NCBI GenBank assembly: GCA_902791085.1
Contig: CADAUN010000001.1
Location: forward strand, 1-36,360
Source: an uncultured Erysipelotrichaceae bacterium
GTDB taxonomy: Bacteria > Bacillota_I > Bacilli_A > RFN20 > CAG-826
DNA: 36,360 bases
Direction of reading: 5' to 3'
Part shown: positions 1 to 8,630 of the stretch, piece after piece
How positions within the stretch are numbered: position 1 is the stretch's first letter
How the letters are laid out: every line of letters begins with the position of its first letter
Notes under the pieces: generated by a model
What the model was told of the DNA's origin: nothing
Databases searched by the model: none
The model's input: the letters and a program-made list of their open reading frames with translations, nothing else
Translations under genes and position numbers: made by a program

Positions 1-246
1 ATAATGACAGAGGTCAAATGAAAATGTTACCTTTTGCATCCGTAAAGAGAATTTAAAGATGTGACGTTATGGTTTGGAGAAGAATTGCCGCAAGAGAATA
101 GAAAACCACAAAGAGAAATCGTTTCAAGAAACGAGCGGAAGATTGTTTTGATTGCGGCGTCGTTAGCTCCAAACAATGATTGCTACAGGGTTAAACCGTG
201 ATTTTGCGCACTGAAAAGTGTCATGAATCTAAGAAGATGTCGACGA

Positions 247-795
247 TTAGATACCGTAGGCCCCACCCTTAAGGCGTTCCACGCCGCTTTCACCAACCAG
301 AACACGGACTAAGTTTTCAGCGAAAGGAATGCTATAGGCCATCGAATGGCCAGTCACAAGATTGCCATCGATAACCGAGCCGCTCGCTTCATAGATACCA
401 TTCCCGCGTTGGAAACCGGGGAAGCAGGTATAGTGCTTACCGTCCAAATAGCCCATTTCTCCTAAAATCGAAGGAGCGGCGCAAATGGCTCCGATCACTT
501 TGCCTTCGTTATGGAAGATTGTGATTGTTTTGCGCACCAAAGCGCTTGCACTCAAATTGTCAACGCCGACCTTTCCACCCGGCAAAACGATAAAATCATA
601 AGCAGATACGTCTTTTATATCTTCCAATCTCTTTGATACCAAAATCTTTAAACCCATGGAAGAAGTGACTTCATAAGACGAAGAAATCGAAACAGGCAAG
701 ACTTCGATTCCGTGAGAACGTAACAAAATATCGTGTGTTGCGATTGCCTCCGTTTGTTCAAATCCATCTGCTAATAATAACAATCCTTTTTTCAT
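247..795 (-). CDS. DJ-1/PfpI (ThiJ/YajL-like) family protein
   Basis: 182-aa ORF. N-terminus MKKGLLLLADGFEQTE and the nucleophile-elbow motif GAICAAPSILG are typical of the DJ-1/PfpI superfamily. A GGAAGGA SD lies about 8 nt upstream of the ATG. Confidence 0.85.
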   Translation of the reverse strand: MKKGLLLLADGFEQTEAIATHDILLRSHGIEVLPVSISSSYEVTSSMGLKILVSKRLEDIKDVSAYDFIVLPGGKVGVDNLSASALVRKTITIFHNEGKVIGAICAAPSILGEMGYLDGKHYTCFPGFQRGNGIYEASGSVIDGNLVTGHSMAYSIPFAENLVRVLVGESGVERLKGGAYGI

Positions 796-821
796 TTTGT
801 TTTTCCTTCCTTGTCAAATTC

Positions 822-827
822 ATTATA
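822..827 (-). promoter_or_regulatory. Candidate -10 box (TATAAT on minus strand) for the DJ-1 family gene
   Basis: ATTATA on the plus strand reads TATAAT on the minus strand. It sits just downstream of the eno terminator and about 26 nt upstream of the ATG at 795. No good -35 is seen. Confidence 0.35.
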
Positions 828-838
828 ACGCGGATAAG

Positions 839-862
839 AAAAACCACGTCACGAGGACGTGG
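839..862 (-). terminator. Rho-independent terminator downstream of eno
   Basis: The minus strand reads CCACGTC-ctcgt-GACGTGG (7-bp GC-rich stem, 5-nt loop) followed by TTTTT. It lies 17 nt after the eno stop. Confidence 0.65.
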
Positions 863-878
863 TTTAAGGGGGCTAAGG

Positions 879-2237
<1,359 letters not shown>

Positions 2238-2331
2238 TTACCATGCTTATCTAGTAAGCGCCTAGATTATAGGACAAAAATACTCTTTTCGGCACGGAAA
2301 AAAGAACGAATAACGTATTATCGACTTTTGC

Positions 2332-3375
2332 TTAGGGAAGAAGAAGGACATTCTTGCATTCTTGTAACATGTTTTCTAATGTGAAGGACTTCGCACTTTC
2401 GATGGCCGCTTGAGCCATAGCAGGGGGAAGAGGTTTGACGAATAAAGAAGCAAAATCATGATGAAAATCGAGAGGATAGCCATTGATTCCTTCTTGAATC
2501 AATTTCTTTGTGACTGGGCTTTTCTTGTTGCCAAACACTGGCACCCCTTGGCTTAATGCGGTCGTCACTTGATAGGGGTATGAATCTTCTTCATCCGTCC
2601 ACAAAGCAGCATCGGCGATGCGTAAATATTTCAAAACATCATCTCTTTTTTCGCCCAAAAGCAATTTTACATTGGTCAAATGCCGTTTTTGGATTCGTTC
2701 TTGATAGAAATGCTTGTTTGTTCCATCCACAAAAAGTAACAACAATGTTTCTTGCGGCATACTTTTCCATAGGTCAAGCAATGCCAGATTTTGTTTCACC
2801 ATAGATAAAGTATTGATCGAAATATAGATTTTCTTTTCGTGTAAGCCCAATCCTTGACGGAGTAATAACCGTTCTTTCTCATTTAACGGGCGCGATATAG
2901 TTTCTGAAGAAAGCAAGATGGCATCGTGATAGAGATGAATCGTTTGATTAGAAACGCCTTCGAGAGAAAGCTTTTGCTTCCACGATAAATCGGGAACGAA
3001 GCAATGAGAGGCAGAAGCAAGATATTTTTGATCGACTTTGTCTTGATAAGAAAAGAAATAAGAAAAAGAAGAACCTTGATTGGTTACAAAAGAGGCGGCA
3101 CGACGTTCTAATAAAGACCGATTGCCATCAAGAATCACGCGATCAAAAGTTTTTTGCCCTAGCAAGGATAGGATTTGATGAGAACCCCCTAAGTAATAGG
3201 GCTTTAATGAGACGGTGTGAAAAGTTTTGATATGATCGCCATAAAAATGGGTGTGTTCCTTTTTTTGAACATGGTGGAAAGCAACGGTTAAATCCACGCT
3301 CTCTCCTAGCAAATTAAAAAAACGAATGGGATAAGGACATTGACGTGTGTAGAGCCAAAATACTTTCATTTTCAT
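2332..3375 (-). CDS. Putative glycosyltransferase (GT-B fold, GT4-like, divergent)
   Basis: 347-aa ORF. The C-terminal half has a GT-B-like pattern (EEDSYPYQVTTALSQGVPVFG resembles the E-x7-E / G-x-PV region of GT4 enzymes). The N-terminal half is not recognisable. The family call is tentative. Confidence 0.45.
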   Translation of the reverse strand: MKMKVFWLYTRQCPYPIRFFNLLGESVDLTVAFHHVQKKEHTHFYGDHIKTFHTVSLKPYYLGGSHQILSLLGQKTFDRVILDGNRSLLERRAASFVTNQGSSFSYFFSYQDKVDQKYLASASHCFVPDLSWKQKLSLEGVSNQTIHLYHDAILLSSETISRPLNEKERLLLRQGLGLHEKKIYISINTLSMVKQNLALLDLWKSMPQETLLLLFVDGTNKHFYQERIQKRHLTNVKLLLGEKRDDVLKYLRIADAALWTDEEDSYPYQVTTALSQGVPVFGNKKSPVTKKLIQEGINGYPLDFHHDFASLFVKPLPPAMAQAAIESAKSFTLENMLQECKNVLLLP

Positions 3376-3408
3376 GGATAAGTATAAGCGTTTTCTTCTT
3401 TCCGTCGT

Positions 3409-3414
3409 TATAAT
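3409..3414 (+). promoter_or_regulatory. Candidate -10 box (TATAAT) 8 nt upstream of the ung ATG; no SD
   Basis: TATAAT at 3409..3414, then acctttgc, then ATG at 3423. No purine-rich SD lies between them, and the -35 is poor. Confidence 0.4.
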
Positions 3415-3422
3415 ACCTTTGC

Positions 3423-4088
3423 ATGTTATCAGATTGGAAAACCCTTTTTGATGGGATTAAAGAACAAGAATATGCCGAGCATCTCCATCGCTTTTTGGAT
3501 GCCGAATATGCCGCCGGCGTAGTCTATCCACCTCGCGATTTGGTCTTTCAAGCGTTCCGTTTGACGAGCCCTAAAGAATTAAAAGTCGTCATTTTGGGCC
3601 AAGACCCATACCACAACCCCGGGCAAGCGATGGGACTTTCTTTTTCGGTGCCACAAGGCATTGATCCACCGCCGTCATTGATCAACATCTACAAAGAGAT
3701 TCGTGCCGACATTGGCTGTCCCATGAATTTTGAAAATGGGGATTTAACGCCTTGGGCCAAACAAGGGGTTTTGTTGTTAAATGCCTATCTTACGGTGCGT
3801 TGTGGTGTTGCTTTGTCTCATAAACGACCGGAATATGATGCTTTTATTGCCGATGTGCTTCGTTATATTGAAACCTTGGATCAGCCATTGGTTTATTTGT
3901 TGTGGGGTGGCTTTGCTAAAAAATACGAATCTGCCGTCACTAACCCTAGACATTTGGTTTTAAAAGCAGCTCACCCCTCTCCCTTAAGTGCCAATCAAGG
4001 CGGTTGGTTTGGAAAGCATCTCTTTTCCCAATGCAACGCTTATTTAGAACGAGAAGGAGTGCAACCGATCGATTGGCAAATTCGATAA
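3423..4088 (+). CDS. ung: Uracil-DNA glycosylase (family 1)
   Basis: 221-aa ORF with catalytic motifs VVILGQDPYH (water-activating loop) and HPSPLSA (Leu-intercalation loop), at typical UNG length. Confidence 0.95.
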   Translation: MLSDWKTLFDGIKEQEYAEHLHRFLDAEYAAGVVYPPRDLVFQAFRLTSPKELKVVILGQDPYHNPGQAMGLSFSVPQGIDPPPSLINIYKEIRADIGCPMNFENGDLTPWAKQGVLLLNAYLTVRCGVALSHKRPEYDAFIADVLRYIETLDQPLVYLLWGGFAKKYESAVTNPRHLVLKAAHPSPLSANQGGWFGKHLFSQCNAYLEREGVQPIDWQIR

Positions 4089-4146
4089 AATCCTTTTCAT
4101 TGTTGAAATTCATGCTATAGTGCATTGACCCCCAGGAGGAAAAAAG

Positions 4147-5343
4147 ATGGAAGACGAAAAGAAAGTCAACCCGGAACCAGTAACCGAAACGAACTCTGAA
4201 GCAAAGAAAGAAGAAACGGTAACGGGAAGCGAAGAAGAAAGCGATTTCTCCGATGAGGCGAAGCCTGTTTCTGTGCCAGAAACCCCTGCCGAAGAAAAAG
4301 AGCCAGAGGTGAATCTTTACGCCGAACCAAAAGAAGAGAAAGCAGAAACAGTAGCGCCCGTAACGGAAGAACAGACCGCTCTTAATGAAGAAGACCACGA
4401 AAAAGATCGGAAAAAAGTCAAAGGATCACAATATGTTTATCCAGATCCCGAACTTTCTGCCATTGAGTCCGCTCGGCAAAATTTCTATCGCGTTTATCAC
4501 AAATTCAATATTGTGAAGTGGGTTGTGACCGGTGTCTTGCTTGTCATTATGTTAGCGGGATGGATTATTCCTTCCGTATTGCAAAATCAAGGCATTAACT
4601 TCAACGGCTCGATGTACATCTCTATTGGCACCATTGCTCTACTCATTATCGGATTGATTGTCATGGATGTCGTGTATCGTCGCAAAATCGATGTGCAGAT
4701 GAAGACGTATTTCAATGAATATTACGGCCATCAAAGTGCTTATTTCTATCGTGATTATGTCAAAGATTTAAAAGGGACGGTGGATGATAAGCTTCCTGCT
4801 GGAATGGCGAAAGAGTCAGGCATTTATGTTGACATTGCAAAAGTGGGAAGCCGTGCCTACCAAACCTTCACCTATCACGATATTCCTGGAATGGTCGTCG
4901 ATTGCTCCTTCCAAAAGAAAGGAACCAAGCAATTAGAGACGTTATTTGCAGGGAAATATTTGAAATTTTCTGAAAAATATACCGATGGCAATCTCTTGAT
5001 TTATTGCAAAGGAAACAAACGTGCCTTGCCACCAAACTCTTTGAAAGGACGGCCGTTATTAGAAGATTCTAAGAATGTTGTCATCTATGGCGATGCGAAA
5101 GGAAAAGCCTTGTTAACCAAACGCGTTCGCGAAGCCTTAAATCAATTCGATACGAATAAGACCTTTTTGGATTTGGCGATTGCCATTAATGAAAAAGGCG
5201 TCTATTTCGCGATGGGTTATGAAGATGACTTCATGGTATTGCCGTTAGAGAAGCCTTTTAATCCGGCGCCAAGCATTCAAGCGCATAACGATATTGCCAA
5301 GGTGTTTGACTTTATCGACGCCTTAAACGAAGGACAACATTAA
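4147..5343 (+). CDS. Hypothetical membrane protein with an acidic low-complexity N-terminal region
   Basis: 398-aa ORF with a strong SD (CAGGAGGAAAAAAG-ATG). It has about 95 aa of E/K/P/T-rich sequence, then two hydrophobic helices (VKWVVTGVLLVIMLAGWIIP and ISIGTIALLIIGLIVMDVV), then a globular domain of about 220 aa. A strong terminator follows. No family is confidently recognised. Confidence 0.8.
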   Translation: MEDEKKVNPEPVTETNSEAKKEETVTGSEEESDFSDEAKPVSVPETPAEEKEPEVNLYAEPKEEKAETVAPVTEEQTALNEEDHEKDRKKVKGSQYVYPDPELSAIESARQNFYRVYHKFNIVKWVVTGVLLVIMLAGWIIPSVLQNQGINFNGSMYISIGTIALLIIGLIVMDVVYRRKIDVQMKTYFNEYYGHQSAYFYRDYVKDLKGTVDDKLPAGMAKESGIYVDIAKVGSRAYQTFTYHDIPGMVVDCSFQKKGTKQLETLFAGKYLKFSEKYTDGNLLIYCKGNKRALPPNSLKGRPLLEDSKNVVIYGDAKGKALLTKRVREALNQFDTNKTFLDLAIAINEKGVYFAMGYEDDFMVLPLEKPFNPAPSIQAHNDIAKVFDFIDALNEGQH

Positions 5344-5356
5344 ACTTTTCTTTCAT

Positions 5357-5384
5357 AAAGAGACGGGTCACCGTCTCTTTTTTT
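5357..5384 (+). terminator. Rho-independent terminator
   Basis: AAAGAGACGG-gtca-CCGTCTCTTT (10-bp stem) followed by a T-run. It lies 14 nt after the stop at 5343. Confidence 0.85.
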
Positions 5385-5437
5385 CGTCTTATCGTAGGAA
5401 ACACGATATACTCTTATTAAGGGTAAATTCGTCTGAA

Positions 5438-6010
5438 TTGCTCCGTGACGTTATGGATGAGAGTAGTGGTATCTTAAAAAAGTGGCTGACCGTTCAAGCC
5501 TATAAGCACGATGGCAGATTGCATCGACAATGGTCTCCCGGTTATTGTGTGGAAGAGACAGAGAATTATTGGGCAATTGCCTCCAAAGCATCGCTTGTCA
5601 TCGAAGATGATGGCCGTCATTGGATGACCAAAGAGAATGCTGTTTTCTTGCTTTTCAAAAACATGTGGATGAACATCATTTGCATGTTTAAAGAAGGCGG
5701 TGGCATTTGCTATTACGCGAACATTGCCTCGCCTACGATTTTTGATGAGGGCTATCTTCGTTATATCGATTACGATTTGGATTTAAAACTGTATCCCGAT
5801 CATGTCATTAAGGCGTTAGATGAGAACGAATTCGAAAATAATATCGTTCGTTATGGCTATTCGCCAGAATTGGTGGATGCCATTCGTCATTCTTTCAATG
5901 AGATTCGTTCGTTGATGACCGCTGGCAAATTTCCATTTTCAGATGAGGCCATAAGAGCCCTATATGCGCGCTTCTTAACTGAATCGAAACCTTTTATTCC
6001 TCATTCATAA
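5438..6010 (+). CDS. DUF402 family protein (nucleoside tri/diphosphate phosphatase Ntdp-like)
   Basis: 190-aa ORF. The pattern VQAYKHDGRLHRQWS ... YYANIASP ... IDYDLDLKLYPD is typical of DUF402/Ntdp proteins of Bacillota. The ORF-track start at 5438 is TTG; an in-frame ATG at 5453 is an equally plausible start. Confidence 0.7.
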   Translation: MLRDVMDESSGILKKWLTVQAYKHDGRLHRQWSPGYCVEETENYWAIASKASLVIEDDGRHWMTKENAVFLLFKNMWMNIICMFKEGGGICYYANIASPTIFDEGYLRYIDYDLDLKLYPDHVIKALDENEFENNIVRYGYSPELVDAIRHSFNEIRSLMTAGKFPFSDEAIRALYARFLTESKPFIPHS

Positions 6011-6046
6011 AACTACCTTCCTCTTCTTTTGGGGCGTATAATGACT

Positions 6047-6072
6047 AGGCTCTCTTAGAGCCTTTCTTTTCT
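6047..6072 (+). terminator. Rho-independent terminator after the DUF402 gene, abutting the tsaE start codon
   Basis: AGGCTCT-ctt-AGAGCCT (7-bp perfect stem) followed by TTCTTTTCT, ending 1 nt before the ATG at 6073. Confidence 0.65.
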
Positions 6073-6534
6073 ATGAAATACACTTTTATCTCTTCTTCTA
6101 AAACAAAAACCCAGGAATTAGGGACTTTCTTAGCCCCACGTTTTCGCGCTGGTGACGTGGTGTTATTGAAAGGCGACTTAGGGGCAGGCAAAACCACTTT
6201 GACTGCCGGCGTTGCCAAAGGGCTTCATGTGGAGGACGACGTGATTTCGCCAACCTTTAACATTTTAAAATGTTATTTTAAAGGAACGTTGCCTCTTTAT
6301 CACATCGATGCCTATCGCTTAGAACATCAAAACATTGAACTCGGTTTAGACGAATATATTGAAGGGGATGGCGTTTGCTTTGTAGAATGGCCTCAATACA
6401 TCGCTCCCTTATTACCGGACGAAGTTTTGTCTATCACTTTGATTAATAAAGGCGGCGACGTCCGCGAAATTACGCTGGAAAGCAATAGTGAGCATTTCGA
6501 TTCTTTGGTGAACGATGTCAAAGGAGCATTCTAA
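6073..6534 (+). CDS. tsaE: tRNA t6A37 threonylcarbamoyladenosine biosynthesis ATPase TsaE
   Basis: 153-aa ORF with Walker A LKGDLGAGKTTL, SPTFNI and HIDAYRL motifs characteristic of TsaE/YjeE. It is first in the conserved tsaE-tsaB-rimI-tsaD order. Confidence 0.9.
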   Translation: MKYTFISSSKTKTQELGTFLAPRFRAGDVVLLKGDLGAGKTTLTAGVAKGLHVEDDVISPTFNILKCYFKGTLPLYHIDAYRLEHQNIELGLDEYIEGDGVCFVEWPQYIAPLLPDEVLSITLINKGGDVREITLESNSEHFDSLVNDVKGAF

Positions 6535-7121
6535 TGATTAGCATTCTTTTAGATACATCCAATCGGAATTTGTCGGTTGGATTAGCGCGCGACCAAAAAG
6601 TTTTTGATTCTTGCCAATATGTAGCCTGGCAACGGCAGTCAGAATTTTTGGTTGCCGAAATCGACAAATTATTAACACGCAATCACTTGATTCGTAGTGA
6701 CATCGATGAAGTCATCGCTGCCAAAGGCCCCGGATCCTATACTGGCGTTCGTATTTCTTTAACGGTAGCCAAAGTTATGGCTTTTGCTTTGTCCGTTCCT
6801 TTATATTTGACTTCCTCCTTAGAAATCTACAAACACGGCGAAGATTTATCGCTTTGCCTTATGAACGCCAGAAGCAAACGGAGTTATGTTGGGATGTATC
6901 AAGGAGATAAAATCATTCTTCCAGATACGATCTTAGAAAATGACGAAGTGAAGACGTTAATAGAAGCACATCCTGAGGCAAAGATTTGTGGGGATACCGA
7001 GTATTTGGGTATTCCTTCTTCGAATACCGATGTATTGACCAATTTGGCCAAAGCCGATATTTTACGGAATCGAGTAGAAAACGTGATGGCGGCCAAGCCT
7101 GTCTATTTGAAGGAGCTTTGA
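6534..7121 (+). CDS. tsaB: tRNA t6A37 biosynthesis protein TsaB
   Basis: 195-aa ORF. The motif GPGSYTGVRISLTVAK is typical of TsaB/YeaZ. Its start overlaps the tsaE stop (TAATG). Confidence 0.85.
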   Translation: MISILLDTSNRNLSVGLARDQKVFDSCQYVAWQRQSEFLVAEIDKLLTRNHLIRSDIDEVIAAKGPGSYTGVRISLTVAKVMAFALSVPLYLTSSLEIYKHGEDLSLCLMNARSKRSYVGMYQGDKIILPDTILENDEVKTLIEAHPEAKICGDTEYLGIPSSNTDVLTNLAKADILRNRVENVMAAKPVYLKEL

Positions 7122-7573
7122 TGGAGACTTTGATTCGCGCGTTAAAAAAAGAGGACGTTCCTGCGGTAGCTATGCTAGAAAGCGCGTGTTTTTCTACACC
7201 TTGGCCAGAAGAACAAATCGAATATGAGCGGAGCGGAAATCCTTGCGCGAAAGTGTTAGTCGCTGTTTCAAAGGACGGGGATTTGCAGGGATATTTGGAT
7301 TTTATGATCACGTTTGACAGCGCTACGATTAATCGCATCTGCGTAGCGGAGTCAGAGCGACATCAGGGGATTGCCACTGCTTTGCTGAATCGCATGGTTG
7401 AAATCGCCAAAGCACAAAAAGAAAAAGTGGAATTCATCACTTTGGAAGTCCGCGCTTCGAACGAAACAGCCCACCGACTTTATCAGAAGCTTGGATGGCA
7501 AGATGTTACGAGAAAGCCCCATTATTATGATGACGGCGAAGATGCGATTTATATGGTGAGGAGCATTTTATGA
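7121..7573 (+). CDS. rimI: Ribosomal-protein-alanine N-acetyltransferase RimI (GNAT)
   Basis: The real start is taken as the ATG at 7121 (METLIRALKK...), which overlaps the tsaB TGA by 1 nt. The upstream 45 codons of the ORF-track ORF lie inside tsaB. The GNAT acetyl-CoA motif RHQGIATALL is present, and the gene holds the conserved position between tsaB and tsaD. Confidence 0.85.
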   Translation: METLIRALKKEDVPAVAMLESACFSTPWPEEQIEYERSGNPCAKVLVAVSKDGDLQGYLDFMITFDSATINRICVAESERHQGIATALLNRMVEIAKAQKEKVEFITLEVRASNETAHRLYQKLGWQDVTRKPHYYDDGEDAIYMVRSIL

Positions 7574-8586
7574 CGCGGATATTGGCAATTGAGTCCAGCT
7601 GCGACGAAACCGCAGTCGCCATCACTGATGATGGCAAACTTTTAGCGAATGTGGTTTCTTCGCAAGTGGCTGTACATAAAAAATATGGCGGTGTGATGCC
7701 AGAAGTTGCATCGCGTTTACATTGTGAGAACATCGACGTTTGTTTAAAAGAAGCTTTAGAGCAATCAGGCCTTTCTTTGGAAGATATCGATGCTTTTGCA
7801 GTGACTAGAGGACCAGGTTTAATTGGCTGCCTCCATGTTGGGCTACAAGCTGCCAAGACCTTGGCCATGCTTTATCATAAGCCCTTAATCCCCGTTCATC
7901 ATTTAGCTGGCCACATTTATGCGAACGAATATGTGGGTGCTTTCCGTTACCCGATGCTTTGTGTGGTGGTGTCAGGCGGCAACACGGAACTCGTTTTGAT
8001 GAAACACGATTTGGATTTCACGATTGTTGGTGAGACCAAAGACGATGCCGTCGGAGAATGTTATGACAAAGTCGCTCGCGTCATGGGCCTTCCTTATCCA
8101 GGCGGTTTGCCAATTGATCAACATGCGAAACGCGGGGAGCATACCTATGCTTTGCCTGAACCATTATTGGGCCAAGACGGATATGATTTCTCTTATTCTG
8201 GGTTAAAGACATCGGTCATTAATTTGGTGAACACATTACATCAACGCGGGGAAGAAGTGAATATCGATAATTTATCCCGTTCTTTCCAAGACGTTGCTGT
8301 GGGGATGATTGTTCATCGCGCTTGCCAGGCTGCTCAAGATTTCCATGTTGCTCAAGTCGTATTGGCGGGCGGCGTCAGCGCGAATTCTTATCTTCGTGCC
8401 CAAATGACGGAGCAGCTAAAAGATACGGGCATTGGTTTAATCATTCCACCTTTATGGTGCACGACGGACAATGCTGCCATGATTGCTAAAGTCGCTGAAC
8501 ATCTTTATCGAGAAAACGTATTCGCTCCATTGACGTTGGGCGTTGATCCCAACTGGAAAATCTCGGATTTTCGCCATTTTGATTGA
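7570..8586 (+). CDS. tsaD: tRNA N6-adenosine threonylcarbamoyltransferase TsaD
   Basis: 338-aa ORF. ILAIESSCDETAVAI, the HHLAGH metal-binding motif and VLAGGVSANSYLR are classical Kae1/TsaD motifs. It has a 4-nt ATGA overlap with rimI. Confidence 0.95.
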   Translation: MTRILAIESSCDETAVAITDDGKLLANVVSSQVAVHKKYGGVMPEVASRLHCENIDVCLKEALEQSGLSLEDIDAFAVTRGPGLIGCLHVGLQAAKTLAMLYHKPLIPVHHLAGHIYANEYVGAFRYPMLCVVVSGGNTELVLMKHDLDFTIVGETKDDAVGECYDKVARVMGLPYPGGLPIDQHAKRGEHTYALPEPLLGQDGYDFSYSGLKTSVINLVNTLHQRGEEVNIDNLSRSFQDVAVGMIVHRACQAAQDFHVAQVVLAGGVSANSYLRAQMTEQLKDTGIGLIIPPLWCTTDNAAMIAKVAEHLYRENVFAPLTLGVDPNWKISDFRHFD

Positions 8587-8630
8587 AATTCGTAAAGTGT
8601 TCGTTATGATGAACGCAAAGGAGAATAGAT

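Noticed and set aside
1-246. Unassigned 246-nt left-edge region with small hairpins (CGTTTC-aa-GAAACG at 120..133; ATTGTTT...AAACAAT at 143..178), a 45-codon GTG ORF (61..198) and a possible minus-strand ATG at 39 running off the window
   Set aside because: I could not match it to any riboswitch, T-box or tRNA motif. The ORFs are short, lack SDs and are truncated by the window edge. It is probably the 3' UTR or terminator of the DJ-1 gene plus the 5' region of an off-window gene.
3946-4398. 150-aa minus-strand ORF rich in Phe, Leu and Arg, overlapping the ung end and the start of the 4147 gene
   Set aside because: It is the antisense reading of a GAA/AAG/GAG-rich (E/K) coding stretch, which automatically yields TTC/CTT-rich open frames. 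It has no SD and no protein-like composition.
6913-7868. Antisense ORFs of 141 aa (6913..7338) and 120 aa (7506..7868) opposite tsaB, rimI and tsaD
   Set aside because: The plus-strand genes have unambiguous family motifs and tight operon coupling. The antisense frames lack SDs and have Ser/Arg/Cys-rich, non-protein-like composition.
8594-8617. Hairpin GUGUUCGU-uaug-AUGAACGC between tsaD and asnS
   Set aside because: The 8-bp stem has two G-U pairs, no U-tract and no alternative structure, and the gap is too short for a T-box. It is probably an incidental or minor stability element.
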